The position numbers and the translations under genes were made by a program. Source: Candidatus Aquivivens invisus (GTDB lineage Bacteria > Omnitrophota > Gorgyraeia > Aquiviventales > Aquiviventaceae). From it: a DNA stretch of 59,925 nucleotides. How positions within the stretch are numbered: the stretch's first letter is position 1; each line of letters begins with the position of its first letter. The notes under the pieces were generated by a model. That model saw only the letters and a list, made by a program, of their open reading frames with translations. It was not told where the DNA came from and searched no databases. Shown one piece after another: positions 1-7,935 of this stretch. Location of the stretch: positions 1 through 59,925 of the forward strand of contig MHGA01000041.1 in assembly GCA_001804415.1 (NCBI GenBank), read 5' to 3'.

Positions 1-79
1 AGCCCACGGCAAGGAGCGCAAGCCACACGACCGCAATCACCTTGTTACCGGAATTCCCATTGTATCTGTTGTGTATCAT
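1..79 (-). CDS. Possible 5' end of an exported or membrane protein running off the window (MIHNRYNGNSGNKVIAVVWLALLAVG...)
   Basis: ATG at 79, frame open to the window edge, hydrophobic stretch; lies downstream of the TACAAT in repeat R1. Confidence 0.3.
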   Translation of the reverse strand, partial: MIHNRYNGNSGNKVIAVVWLALLAVG

Positions 80-153
80 GGCTGTTCTATGCCCTTGGGG
101 GTTCTGGGGACACATTGAGCTAGCCCCCGCGAGACGGAACAGGCGGCCCGCGA

Positions 154-210
154 GGGACGCCTTCTATTGTAGGCCTACCTGAATTGTCAGTCTGCTTCTT
201 TCAGCCGGCG
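154..210 (-). repeat. Boundary repeat R1 containing a -10-like TACAAT (166-171)
   Basis: gggacgccttctattgtaggcctacctgaattgtcagtctgc matches 601-641 at 39/42; a diverged copy is at 1456-1510. Confidence 0.85.
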
Positions 211-241
211 GCTGGGGGCGCGCCTTACCGGCATCTGAGCA

Positions 242-577
242 TCAGGGACGCAGCAGCGCCGGCAGCTGCTGGACGAACGCCGAGCGGAGCAGCACCACCG
301 TGCAGCCGGCCTCGCGCGCGTGCTGCTGCAGATCGTGCTGGACGTGCGAGCAGTAGCCGATGACCGGCAGGGCGGGATGGGCCGCCCGGAGGTCGCGGAT
401 CATCGCGAGCGGATCGCCGTGCGAGAGATTCAAATCGATGATCGCGCGGCTCCACCCCGATCCAGAGCGCAACGCCGGACTGGCATCCTCGGCGAGAGTC
501 AGCGGGGTCCCAAGCTGCGCCGCCACCGCCTCAAGTTTCGAACGGAACAGCATATCATCCACGATGGCGAGAATCAT
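242..577 (-). CDS. Single-domain CheY-like receiver protein (atypical)
   Basis: N-terminal ILAIVDD and IIDLNL acidic motifs; receiver size; conserved Lys not evident. Confidence 0.7.
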   Translation of the reverse strand: MILAIVDDMLFRSKLEAVAAQLGTPLTLAEDASPALRSGSGWSRAIIDLNLSHGDPLAMIRDLRAAHPALPVIGYCSHVQHDLQQHAREAGCTVVLLRSAFVQQLPALLRP

Positions 578-600
578 GACGGAAAAAGGCGTCCCGCCCT

Positions 601-657
601 GGGACGCCGTCTATTGTAGGCCTACCGAATTGCCAGTCTGCCTATTTTGGCCGGCGA
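601..657 (-). repeat. Boundary repeat R2 with TACAAT (613-618)
   Basis: Near-identical to R1; overlaps the stop codon of the 642-824 ORF. Confidence 0.85.
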
Positions 658-824
658 CCCCGATGTTCACGGCCGGACAAGTGCACAACTTTCCCATCTC
701 GCCAAATCGCAGCCGGCACTCCGGCTAATTCGTGTTGGGCTATCGCTTTCGTGACAGCTCGCTTCAATGCTTTCACTGCGCCCGAATGAAGCGCTTGAAC
801 GCTTTGTGTTCGTTCTCTTTTCAT
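642..824 (-). CDS. Small basic protein coupled to the Zeta-like ATPase (putative partner/antitoxin)
   Basis: ATGA overlap with the upstream ATPase; KAIAQH..GVPAAIWRDGKVV pattern typical of partners of this ATPase family. Confidence 0.6.
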   Translation of the reverse strand: MKRERTQSVQALHSGAVKALKRAVTKAIAQHELAGVPAAIWRDGKVVHLSGREHRGRRPK

Positions 825-1405
825 GATTTCTCCTCTAGTTTCAGGATTTCCTCATATAGTTCCTGATCAGAAATTATCGTCTTTCCTGTTTTTTCCTCAG
901 CAATCAGGTGAGGAACGCTCCCTGAGTTATCAAACAACATCCACGAATCAACAATTGTCCGATAATATTTGAGAAAGTTCTGAATGCCTTTATGGAAACG
1001 CCGTCGCACGACTTTTTCGGCGATATCATGGCCGCCCATTTTGACGCGACTAGCCACGCGCGCCATAGAGAGCTGAACATCCGGAATCCATAAGAAGAAG
1101 AGATGAATTGCGTAGCCTTGCTTTTTTAACTCTCGAAAACGAGCAAGGTAATTGGTGCCCGATAAGGTCGTTTCAAAAGCAAAGTCTATCCTTTTCGACG
1201 CATACGCCTCAATCTGCTCAAGCAAAATTCTGCCGGCTTTCAATGCCACAGCATCAGGAGAAAAACCCGACAAGCCTCGCGCAATCGTGTCCGCGTTGAT
1301 AAACGCCGGGCATTCGGCATAATGCTGTAGAAACTCCGAAGCGAACGTCGTCTTTCCCGAACCATTCGGTCCGGCAATCACATACACGTGTGGCTGCTTA
1401 TTCAT
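821..1405 (-). CDS. Zeta toxin-like / predicted ABC-type P-loop ATPase
   Basis: Walker A IAGPNGSGKTT, INAD, FAFETTLS, RV..GGHDI motifs; lower GC than the flanks. Confidence 0.85.
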   Translation of the reverse strand: MNKQPHVYVIAGPNGSGKTTFASEFLQHYAECPAFINADTIARGLSGFSPDAVALKAGRILLEQIEAYASKRIDFAFETTLSGTNYLARFRELKKQGYAIHLFFLWIPDVQLSMARVASRVKMGGHDIAEKVVRRRFHKGIQNFLKYYRTIVDSWMLFDNSGSVPHLIAEEKTGKTIISDQELYEEILKLEEKS

Positions 1406-1455
1406 TCAAGGCATCCCATAGGTCTGCGCCGTCAGTAGCTCGGCCGTTCCACAAG

Positions 1456-1510
1456 AGGACGCCTACTATTGTAGGCCGAGCCGGACGGTCAGTGGGCGTA
1501 TTTCAGCCGG
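1456..1510 (-). repeat. Boundary repeat R3 (diverged) with TACAAT (1468-1473)
   Basis: ggacgcctactattgtaggcc...gtcagt...tttcagccgg aligns with R1 and R2. Confidence 0.7.
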
Positions 1511-1522
1511 TTCGCCTGACTC

Positions 1523-1942
1523 TTAGGCCTCATCAGGGGCGAGGCGCTGGCGGTTGGCTTTGATCCGGGCGTGGTGGTGTTTGGAGGCGAGCATCTTGTC
1601 CTTGGCGCGGCGGGAGCGACGGCGTTTCTGCCGGCGGATCTTCGCGATGCGCTGCGCCGCTTCGCTCAGGCGCCCGAGCCGCTGGGCCTCCAACCGATCC
1701 AGCAGCAGGCGGCGGGCCAGGAAGCGGTTCAACACCTGGAGCCGCTCGCGCTGGCAGCGCACCTCCAACCCGCTGGGCCGGTGGCGCAGCACCACGCAGG
1801 TGGACACCTTGTTGGTCCGCTGGCCGCCGGGGCCGGAGGAGCGGAGAAACCGCTCCTCCAGATCGGCTTCGCTGACCCCCAGCCGCCGCATGCGCTCGGC
1901 CAGCGCCAGCTGCTTCGCGACCGATACCCCAACGCTTCCCAT
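1523..1942 (-). CDS. Peptidyl-tRNA hydrolase domain protein, class I release-factor homologue (ArfB/YaeJ-like)
   Basis: RSSGPGGQ.TNK GGQ motif and basic C-terminal tail. Confidence 0.85.
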   Translation of the reverse strand: MGSVGVSVAKQLALAERMRRLGVSEADLEERFLRSSGPGGQRTNKVSTCVVLRHRPSGLEVRCQRERLQVLNRFLARRLLLDRLEAQRLGRLSEAAQRIAKIRRQKRRRSRRAKDKMLASKHHHARIKANRQRLAPDEA

Positions 1943-1963
1943 GCAGATTCCAGAAGGGGGGTG

Positions 1964-2419
1964 CTATGTTTGAGGGCGCTGGACGGTGCCCCCGACCACG
2001 ATGCCGCCAGCGATGAGCACGAGGTTCTTGATGATGAACTCCCCTTCCGTCGTCAACAGGAAGGGGTTGCCGCCCTGAAAAGCGATCTCGGGATGCAGGA
2101 CGAGCACCAGGAACGTGCCGGCCATCTGCAACCAGAACAACAAGAGCGTCAGGCGCAGCGCGACGGCACAGAGCAGTCCGAGGCCCACCAGCATCTCCCA
2201 CACACCCAGCAAGGGGACGAAGAACTCCGGCGAAACCCAGTAGACGGTCCGCGCGACCAGGTCCACCACCGGGCTGCGGCCGATGACCTTCAGCAGGCCG
2301 AACCAGATGAAAACGACGGCGAGAGTCACCCGCAAGAGCGGGACGCCACGCGACGCCATGAAACGGATGAACGCGGCGTCCACCCGGTCCCAAGCGGAAT
2401 GCCGGTGCCCCCTGATCAT
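1964..2419 (-). CDS. DoxX/DUF417-like membrane protein
   Basis: LLR..LAVVFIWFGLLK and EGEFIIKNLVL motifs; about four TM segments. Confidence 0.75.
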   Translation of the reverse strand: MIRGHRHSAWDRVDAAFIRFMASRGVPLLRVTLAVVFIWFGLLKVIGRSPVVDLVARTVYWVSPEFFVPLLGVWEMLVGLGLLCAVALRLTLLLFWLQMAGTFLVLVLHPEIAFQGGNPFLLTTEGEFIIKNLVLIAGGIVVGGTVQRPQT

Positions 2420-2536
2420 TGTCTGCTCGAGCCGAAGCCGTTCTTTCTACCCACTCCACTGCTCCAGCAACTCCAGCGCCATCCCGAGTCACTTACACGC
2501 TCGGTCAGCCGTAGGTGTGGAGGAAAACTGCCTTGG

Positions 2537-2680
2537 TCATGGTAAGGAGGCTTCTGGCTGAGCCAACGCTGACTCTAACAGGCCGAAATCTCGCACACCA
2601 TCTTGACCGCCATAGCGTTTGAGTTGATCGGCGTGCGCCTCGATGACTTCGGTCAGCATCAAAAAGAACGGGTCTTGCAC
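2537..2680 (-). pseudogene. doc: Truncated Doc (death-on-curing) toxin, N-terminal 47 aa only
   Basis: GTG start directly after abrB; MQDPFFLMLTEVIEAHADQLKRYGGQDGVRDFGLLESALAQPEASLP* resembles a Doc N-terminus; the HPFxDGNKR catalytic region is absent. Confidence 0.75.
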
Positions 2681-2686
2681 GGAAGA

Positions 2687-2914
2687 CTACTCCGCAAGAG
2701 CTTTAAAGGTCTTGGCGTGCCGGCGATTGAGCGCTTCGAGGGCAGCCCGAAACCGCACGGAGCGCTTCGCATCGCCCGCCGGGGAGACGATGAGATTCCT
2801 CCCATCAGTCGCCAACTCCAACGGCGTCTTCATGGTGATGTGGAGCAGCTCCAAGATCGGCTTGTCGATCACCAGGGCTGCGCTGTTGCCATGCTGTGTT
2901 AAGTGCTTGACCAT
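2687..2914 (-). CDS. AbrB/MazE/SpoVT family antitoxin
   Basis: MVKHLTQHGNSAALVIDKPILELL motif; AGGAGG RBS before the ATG at 2914. Confidence 0.85.
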   Translation of the reverse strand: MVKHLTQHGNSAALVIDKPILELLHITMKTPLELATDGRNLIVSPAGDAKRSVRFRAALEALNRRHAKTFKALAE

Positions 2915-2940
2915 CTTGCTTCCTCCTATGAGGTTACTAT

Positions 2941-2981
2941 ATTGTACTAACAATGTATCACACACTGTTCCTTCGCGTCAA
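2941..2981 (-). promoter_or_regulatory. Putative promoter and operator of abrB-doc
   Basis: TTGACG (2976-2981), TACATT/TACAAT candidates, inverted repeat ATTGT-N4-ACAAT at 2941-2954. Confidence 0.5.
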
Positions 2982-2998
2982 CCACCACCCTGATTCCT

Positions 2999-3144
2999 AG
3001 AACCTGTTTCAAAACCTCCGATCACGCCACGGAGTGCACAGAATGGCTACAGAAGCACAGAGGACTTCTCGACGGGACGGCTCTGTGCCTCTGTAGAGGT
3101 TCTGTGGCATCTGTGGTATTGAGGGACGTTTTGAAATGACTTCT
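2999..3144. mobile_element. MITE-like palindromic element
   Basis: Imperfect terminal IRs agaacctgtttcaaaac / gttttgaaatgacttct; internal IR cacagaatggctacagaagcacagag / ctctgtgcctctgtagaggttctgtg. Confidence 0.6.
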
Positions 3145-3157
3145 GGACATTTTCAGG

Positions 3158-3601
3158 CTATTCGACAACTGGTGTTCCTGGTCCAAGCGCCTTCAGGTCT
3201 TCTCCTGAGTCATGTTCCGGCCTCGTTCGTGAACAGAGTCCGGTGGACAGGCGCTCGTCTTTCGTTCGAGACGCGTAAATCAGGTAGTCATCGCCAACGA
3301 TGAAATCGTATCCGCAGATCCCTCCGTAGAGGGCGGTGACGACTTGGACAACTGGTCGCTGGACTCCTCTCCAGACACGTCTGACGCGGATCGTGGCGAT
3401 TCGGTGTCCTTCCCCTGGCGATGTCGCAACGGGCGGCTCGATTTCAAACTTTTCAATCGTGCCAAGGAACACGGCGTCGGCTTCTTCGAGCGCCGCTTCA
3501 GGTGGTTGTGGCGATGCGCATGAACAGGCATCCGCGGTCAAGGACGAGCCGACCGACAGTGCCATTCCAACCGCGATGGTCACCAAGCAGCTTCTTTTCA
3601 T
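3158..3601 (-). CDS. Exported TIMP/NTR-like protein
   Basis: Signal peptide then ACSC, AD.VF.G, CGY.F..G..YLIYA, terminal CSRT pattern. Confidence 0.7.
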   Translation of the reverse strand: MKRSCLVTIAVGMALSVGSSLTADACSCASPQPPEAALEEADAVFLGTIEKFEIEPPVATSPGEGHRIATIRVRRVWRGVQRPVVQVVTALYGGICGYDFIVGDDYLIYASRTKDERLSTGLCSRTRPEHDSGEDLKALGPGTPVVE

Positions 3602-3791
3602 TATGATGACTCCCCTTCAGGCAGACACCCACCCGGCGCGGAACGTCCTATGGTCTCGGAACAACGACCATCCGCAGTCTGCACGAAAACTCTTTTCCTC
3701 ATCGCGGTTCCCCGCTGAGCCCGAACGGTAAACGCCCGGTATGGCTCAGCACGCCATGCGCAGGACGCTTCTTTTGAAGTCTTCCGGTCTG

Positions 3792-4367
3792 CTAAAACTC
3801 GTACAAGAGGCCATGGACCTTGTGGAGAGGTTCTGGCGAGAGGTCACCGAGCCTGTGAGATACAGACATGTTTGAGATCTTGCCGTTGAGCGGTCTCTTT
3901 GGAATTGGCGTTTGAAAGCCACGGACCCCGACTGCAATTCTCCCATGCTTCGCTTGGTCGTTGCCTTTATACGCTTCCTTCATCGGCATCAGATCAAACC
4001 GTAACGTCTCAGTAATCGTGTCTCGACAGGCATCTCCTCCAGCATCATGTACCAAGCCTACGTCAGCCTGGACCGGATCCGATTCCCTGAAACCAATCCA
4101 CCAGCTTGAAGCAAACTGGTGCGCTGCACAGCCGCCTACGTAGCTCACCTGGCAAACGAGCACATCGCCGTCGATTCGCACCGACATCAGTTCGAATGGG
4201 TCGCCCTGCACTTCCCCAAGCAAGATAAGTCTTGGGGAAGGCACCAGCTGAAGGAGCTGTTCCTCACCCAACGCAGCAGCTATCGGCCACATCACCAGGC
4301 AGACAGCTACGAGGCTGGCTAGCAGGTTCCACCGCTTCGGACTCATTGACGAATTCCGGTGCCACAT
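3792..4367 (-). CDS. Exported hypothetical protein
   Basis: Signal-like N-terminus; Y.GGC..H.F and HDAGGDAC motifs. Confidence 0.6.
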   Translation of the reverse strand: MWHRNSSMSPKRWNLLASLVAVCLVMWPIAAALGEEQLLQLVPSPRLILLGEVQGDPFELMSVRIDGDVLVCQVSYVGGCAAHQFASSWWIGFRESDPVQADVGLVHDAGGDACRDTITETLRFDLMPMKEAYKGNDQAKHGRIAVGVRGFQTPIPKRPLNGKISNMSVSHRLGDLSPEPLHKVHGLLYEF

Positions 4368-4381
4368 GACGACGTTCTGCT

Positions 4382-5428
4382 TCAGGGATGGACCAGGCAG
4401 CCGGGGCAGACGGCTGCGTCATCCTGGGAGCGATACACGTCGTAGCGGGGCTCGCCGTCGACCTGCAGATACCCCACGGCGCCCTTTTCGATTCTGAAGA
4501 TCGCGTGATCCACCAAGGTAAAGGTGCCAGGCACCTCGAGGCCGAACTCCACCACCGTCGCCCCGCCCGCCGGCACCAACGTCGTCTGGATGCTGCGGGC
4601 CGGCTCGCTGACCAGGTCCGCCTCACGGTAGACGGCGTCGAAAATCTCCCCGATCACATGGAACGACGAGACGAGGTTCGGCCCCGCGTTGCCGAAAAAG
4701 ATCCGCACGCGTTCTCCGGTCCTGGCCTTGAGCGCGCCCTCGCCGATCAACGATCCCACCTTGCCGTTGAACACGACGTACCTGGGATGTTCCACCACGC
4801 CATCCGCGTGCGAGAACGCAAGAGCCGCCCCTGCGTGTTGCGCGGAGTCCGTCGCGTAGAACTCGCTCTGGAGGACATAGAACTCGCGATCCGCCATCGG
4901 CAACCCCTTGGCAGGCTCCACCAGGATCAGGCCGTACATACCGTTGGCGATGTGGTCCATGACCGGCGGGGCGGCGCAGTGATAGATGAACAGCCCCGGG
5001 TGCAGCAGCTTGAACCACGCCACTCGTTCCTCGCCTTGGACCATGGTCGTCACCGGCGCGCCGCCTCCGGGGCCTGTCACCGCATGGAAATCGACGTTGT
5101 GCGGCATGCCGCTTTCGTCGCGGCTGGTCACATGGACTTCCAGGGTGTCGCCGACCCGGGCGCGGATCAACGGTCCCGGCACCCGGTCGTTGAACGTCCA
5201 AAAGGCGTACGTCTTGTCCCCATCGAGCGGCATCTCACGAATGCTCGCATCCAACCGCACGCGAACGAGGGCGGGCTTCTTCCGGGTGATGGGCGGGGGC
5301 ACGTCAGGTGCAAACGTCAACGGCGCGTCCTCGATGGGAAGCGGCTTCGCCTGCTTCGCCGAGGCTTCCGTAGCCCCGCCAAGCATCAGCGCCCACGTCA
5401 GCATCACGGTCAAACTCTGTCGACGCAT
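4382..5428 (-). CDS. nirK: Copper-containing nitrite reductase
   Basis: Signal peptide; HNVDFH, YHCAAPPVMDHIANGMYG, SSFHVIGEIFD and LVDH supply all type 1 and type 2 Cu ligands plus the catalytic Asp and His. Confidence 0.95.
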   Translation of the reverse strand: MRRQSLTVMLTWALMLGGATEASAKQAKPLPIEDAPLTFAPDVPPPITRKKPALVRVRLDASIREMPLDGDKTYAFWTFNDRVPGPLIRARVGDTLEVHVTSRDESGMPHNVDFHAVTGPGGGAPVTTMVQGEERVAWFKLLHPGLFIYHCAAPPVMDHIANGMYGLILVEPAKGLPMADREFYVLQSEFYATDSAQHAGAALAFSHADGVVEHPRYVVFNGKVGSLIGEGALKARTGERVRIFFGNAGPNLVSSFHVIGEIFDAVYREADLVSEPARSIQTTLVPAGGATVVEFGLEVPGTFTLVDHAIFRIEKGAVGYLQVDGEPRYDVYRSQDDAAVCPGCLVHP

Positions 5429-5449
5429 GATCTCACGACTCCTTGAGTA

Positions 5450-6310
5450 TTACGGGCGGGCGAGGATGTCTCGGACGAGCGAGCCGAGCAGAAACGCGAC
5501 CCCCGCCACCCCCACGCTGAAGAGGAGCATCTCACCCGCTTGCCTCGTGAAACGCCGTTCAAACAGGACGGACGAATAGAAGGAGAAGCCCACGATCATG
5601 AGGAGAATCGCCCCGCACATCACCGCAAGGGCGGCGAAGAGGTTCGGGATCAGCGCAAAGGGCAGCACCAGCGCCGCCACGACCACCGCGTACGCCACGC
5701 CGGTGTACACGGCCGCCTTCGTGGGATCGCGCCCTTCCTCGTGCCGCGCCTGCATGTAGGCGGAGGCGGCCATCGAGAGGCTCGCGGCGATGCCGGTGAC
5801 CGCGCCGAGCAGGGCGACCATCGTGTGGTTGCGCAAGGCGAAGGCGAAGCCCACCAGCGCGCCGGTCAATTCAATGAGGCCGTCGTTGATCCCAAGGACC
5901 ATGCTGCCGAGGAACTTCACCCGCTCTTCCTTGATCTGGCTGATGAGCTCTTTCTCGTGATGCGTCTCATGGTCGATGATCTCTTGCACTTGGGGCTTGA
6001 GCGCGGCGTCAGCGGTGTTGAGGAACGCGGTGTACTTCCGGACGGCGTCCCGCTCATGCCCTTCAAGAAATTTCGCCGTGAACGTCAGGCCGAGAACCCG
6101 CCGCATCGCTTTCAGGCACCACACCTCGAACCCATGCATGCGGTGCGTCTTGATGGAGGAGAACCGAAGCCAGAAGCGGTAATCGTCCAGCTCGTGCTCG
6201 ACGAGCGCCTCGAGGATGCGTTTGAATTCCGGGACCGTCTCCGTCTTCGCCAGCTCGCGATACGTGACGTAATCCCGGTATTCATCCCTCGCGAAGTGAT
6301 CGGGCGTCAT
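5450..6310 (-). CDS. Ferritin/rubrerythrin-like domain fused to a VIT1/CCC1 Fe/Mn transporter
   Basis: Acidic ferritin-like N-terminal part (e.g. ETHHE); VLGINDGLIE..GAL.G and IAASLSMAASAY VIT1 motifs. Confidence 0.85.
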   Translation of the reverse strand: MTPDHFARDEYRDYVTYRELAKTETVPEFKRILEALVEHELDDYRFWLRFSSIKTHRMHGFEVWCLKAMRRVLGLTFTAKFLEGHERDAVRKYTAFLNTADAALKPQVQEIIDHETHHEKELISQIKEERVKFLGSMVLGINDGLIELTGALVGFAFALRNHTMVALLGAVTGIAASLSMAASAYMQARHEEGRDPTKAAVYTGVAYAVVVAALVLPFALIPNLFAALAVMCGAILLMIVGFSFYSSVLFERRFTRQAGEMLLFSVGVAGVAFLLGSLVRDILARP

Positions 6311-6345
6311 CGCGCCTCCCGTCCGCGTGTCACGGCACGAACATC

Positions 6346-6897
6346 CTATGGCGTGGATGCGGCGCTCTCCGAACCGACCGGGATGCGGTTGTCGCGCTCG
6401 TCATAGGTATAGCGCGGTTGATCGTTGACCTTGTGGATGCGCACGTCCACGACCTCAAGCCCGCCTTCCTCATCGGCTTCCACGTCGAAGTCCAAGTCCA
6501 GCAGCTCATCGCTGACCGTGTCATGCATGTCCGTGCAGGCGTAGTAGAAGTCGCCCGTCTTGCCGACCCGCTCATGGACGCGGACCAACTCAAGCGATCG
6601 CGTGACGTCGGCGACCTCGTCCTCAATCTCGAAGACGCCGTCTTCCTCCGCTTCCACCTCGTGCACGTAGGTCTCAATCGTTTGGCGGATCTGCTCAGCC
6701 GAGGGTTCCACCTGGACCGTCGCTCCGCCGTGCTCTTGCGTGGCCGGCGCGGTGGCTCCTCCGCCGTGCTCCTGGCCTCCATGCTCCTGGCCGGCGGGCT
6801 CTTCGCCTCCATGTTCCGCCGCGAACGCGGGCCTACTCCCGCTCAGCAACCCCACGACCCCGACTGCCACGAACCCCACCCACACCCGACGCGTCAT
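6346..6897 (-). CDS. Exported acidic protein with EHGG repeats
   Basis: ATG at 6897 overlaps the upstream stop; signal peptide; four EHGG motifs. Confidence 0.7.
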   Translation of the reverse strand: MTRRVWVGFVAVGVVGLLSGSRPAFAAEHGGEEPAGQEHGGQEHGGGATAPATQEHGGATVQVEPSAEQIRQTIETYVHEVEAEEDGVFEIEDEVADVTRSLELVRVHERVGKTGDFYYACTDMHDTVSDELLDLDFDVEADEEGGLEVVDVRIHKVNDQPRYTYDERDNRIPVGSESAASTP

Positions 6898-7913
6898 GCC
6901 GCCCTCCCCTGTTTCAGGTCCTCGAACCGAACCTCGACGCCCACATCCAGAAACGGCTGCCCATCCACTTCGACGTACGGCGCAAAGAAGATGTTCACCG
7001 GCTCGCCCTGCTGTCTGGGGACCAGCCGGAGATCGCGGCCCACGCTGATGAGGAACCGGTTGGGATCGCGGGCCCCGAAATAGTAGTCCGCCAGCTCCGG
7101 GTGCTTCCAGGCCTCTGAGGCATCCACCGGCATCCAGCCGCGGCCGTTGACATAGAACTCCGCCCAGCAGTGATAGCCTGCGATAACTCCTGAGGGCCGC
7201 TCCTGGGGGATGACCACTCCGATCTTGAACCGCGCAGGAAGAGATTGCGCCCGGGCCATGGAGATGAACAACGAATGGAAGTCGGTGCAATTGCCTGTGC
7301 CCAGCCGGCACGCCCGGCGGGTGTCGCCCCGGCCCCAGCCCGGGACGGTTTTGTCGTAGGCCATCGAGCCTCTGACGTGATCGTACAGCCCCCTGGCTTG
7401 CGCCAGTGGCGTGAGCTGTCCGGCGGTTGCCCGCCGCGCTCTGGCGCGCACCTCCTCGTCAATGATGACCAGACCGCTGGCTTCCAGGTGGCGGTGGAGC
7501 TCTTCCGGGGTGGGTGGGGCCTCTGCACGCGCGGCATCAGCGCCGATCAGCTGCGCACGGTACTCGATGGTGATCTCCAGATGCTCAGGGATCGGAGGTT
7601 CGAGTGTGGCGTGGAGGATCTCATTGCCGTAGTCGGGCTCCTGCGCCACGGTATAGGGGATGGGAGCGCGCACGTCGCGCTGAAGGATGCGTTGTTCCGC
7701 TGCGCTCTTCGCCAGCGGAATCCAGATGTCAAGGGCTCGCGCCTCAGGCGGCAGATGATTCACCCGCGCGAGGTACACGCACGTGACCTCTCGTTCGGAG
7801 GTCACCGGCAGGCGGGGGGATGACGCCGAGGCGCTGCCATGGTGTTCCCACGCCACCCATCCGCCGCCTGCCAACACCACGAGCCACAGCCAGTGAGCGT
7901 GCCATCTGACCAT
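6894..7913 (-). CDS. Transglutaminase-like domain protein (membrane-anchored or exported)
   Basis: Cys-His-Asp triad motifs GNCTDFH, YHCWAEFY, W.PVD. Confidence 0.9.
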   Translation of the reverse strand: MVRWHAHWLWLVVLAGGGWVAWEHHGSASASSPRLPVTSEREVTCVYLARVNHLPPEARALDIWIPLAKSAAEQRILQRDVRAPIPYTVAQEPDYGNEILHATLEPPIPEHLEITIEYRAQLIGADAARAEAPPTPEELHRHLEASGLVIIDEEVRARARRATAGQLTPLAQARGLYDHVRGSMAYDKTVPGWGRGDTRRACRLGTGNCTDFHSLFISMARAQSLPARFKIGVVIPQERPSGVIAGYHCWAEFYVNGRGWMPVDASEAWKHPELADYYFGARDPNRFLISVGRDLRLVPRQQGEPVNIFFAPYVEVDGQPFLDVGVEVRFEDLKQGRAA

Positions 7914-7935
7914 TCGAATCGACCCTTTCGGCAGG

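Noticed and set aside
3640-3683. Possible fourth copy of repeat R (ggaacgtcctatggt...cagtctgc)
   Set aside because: Similarity is too short and gapped to distinguish from chance.
4385-4408. NirK C-terminal heme c attachment site
   Set aside because: The motif is CPGCLVH, not CxxCH, and no cytochrome domain follows.
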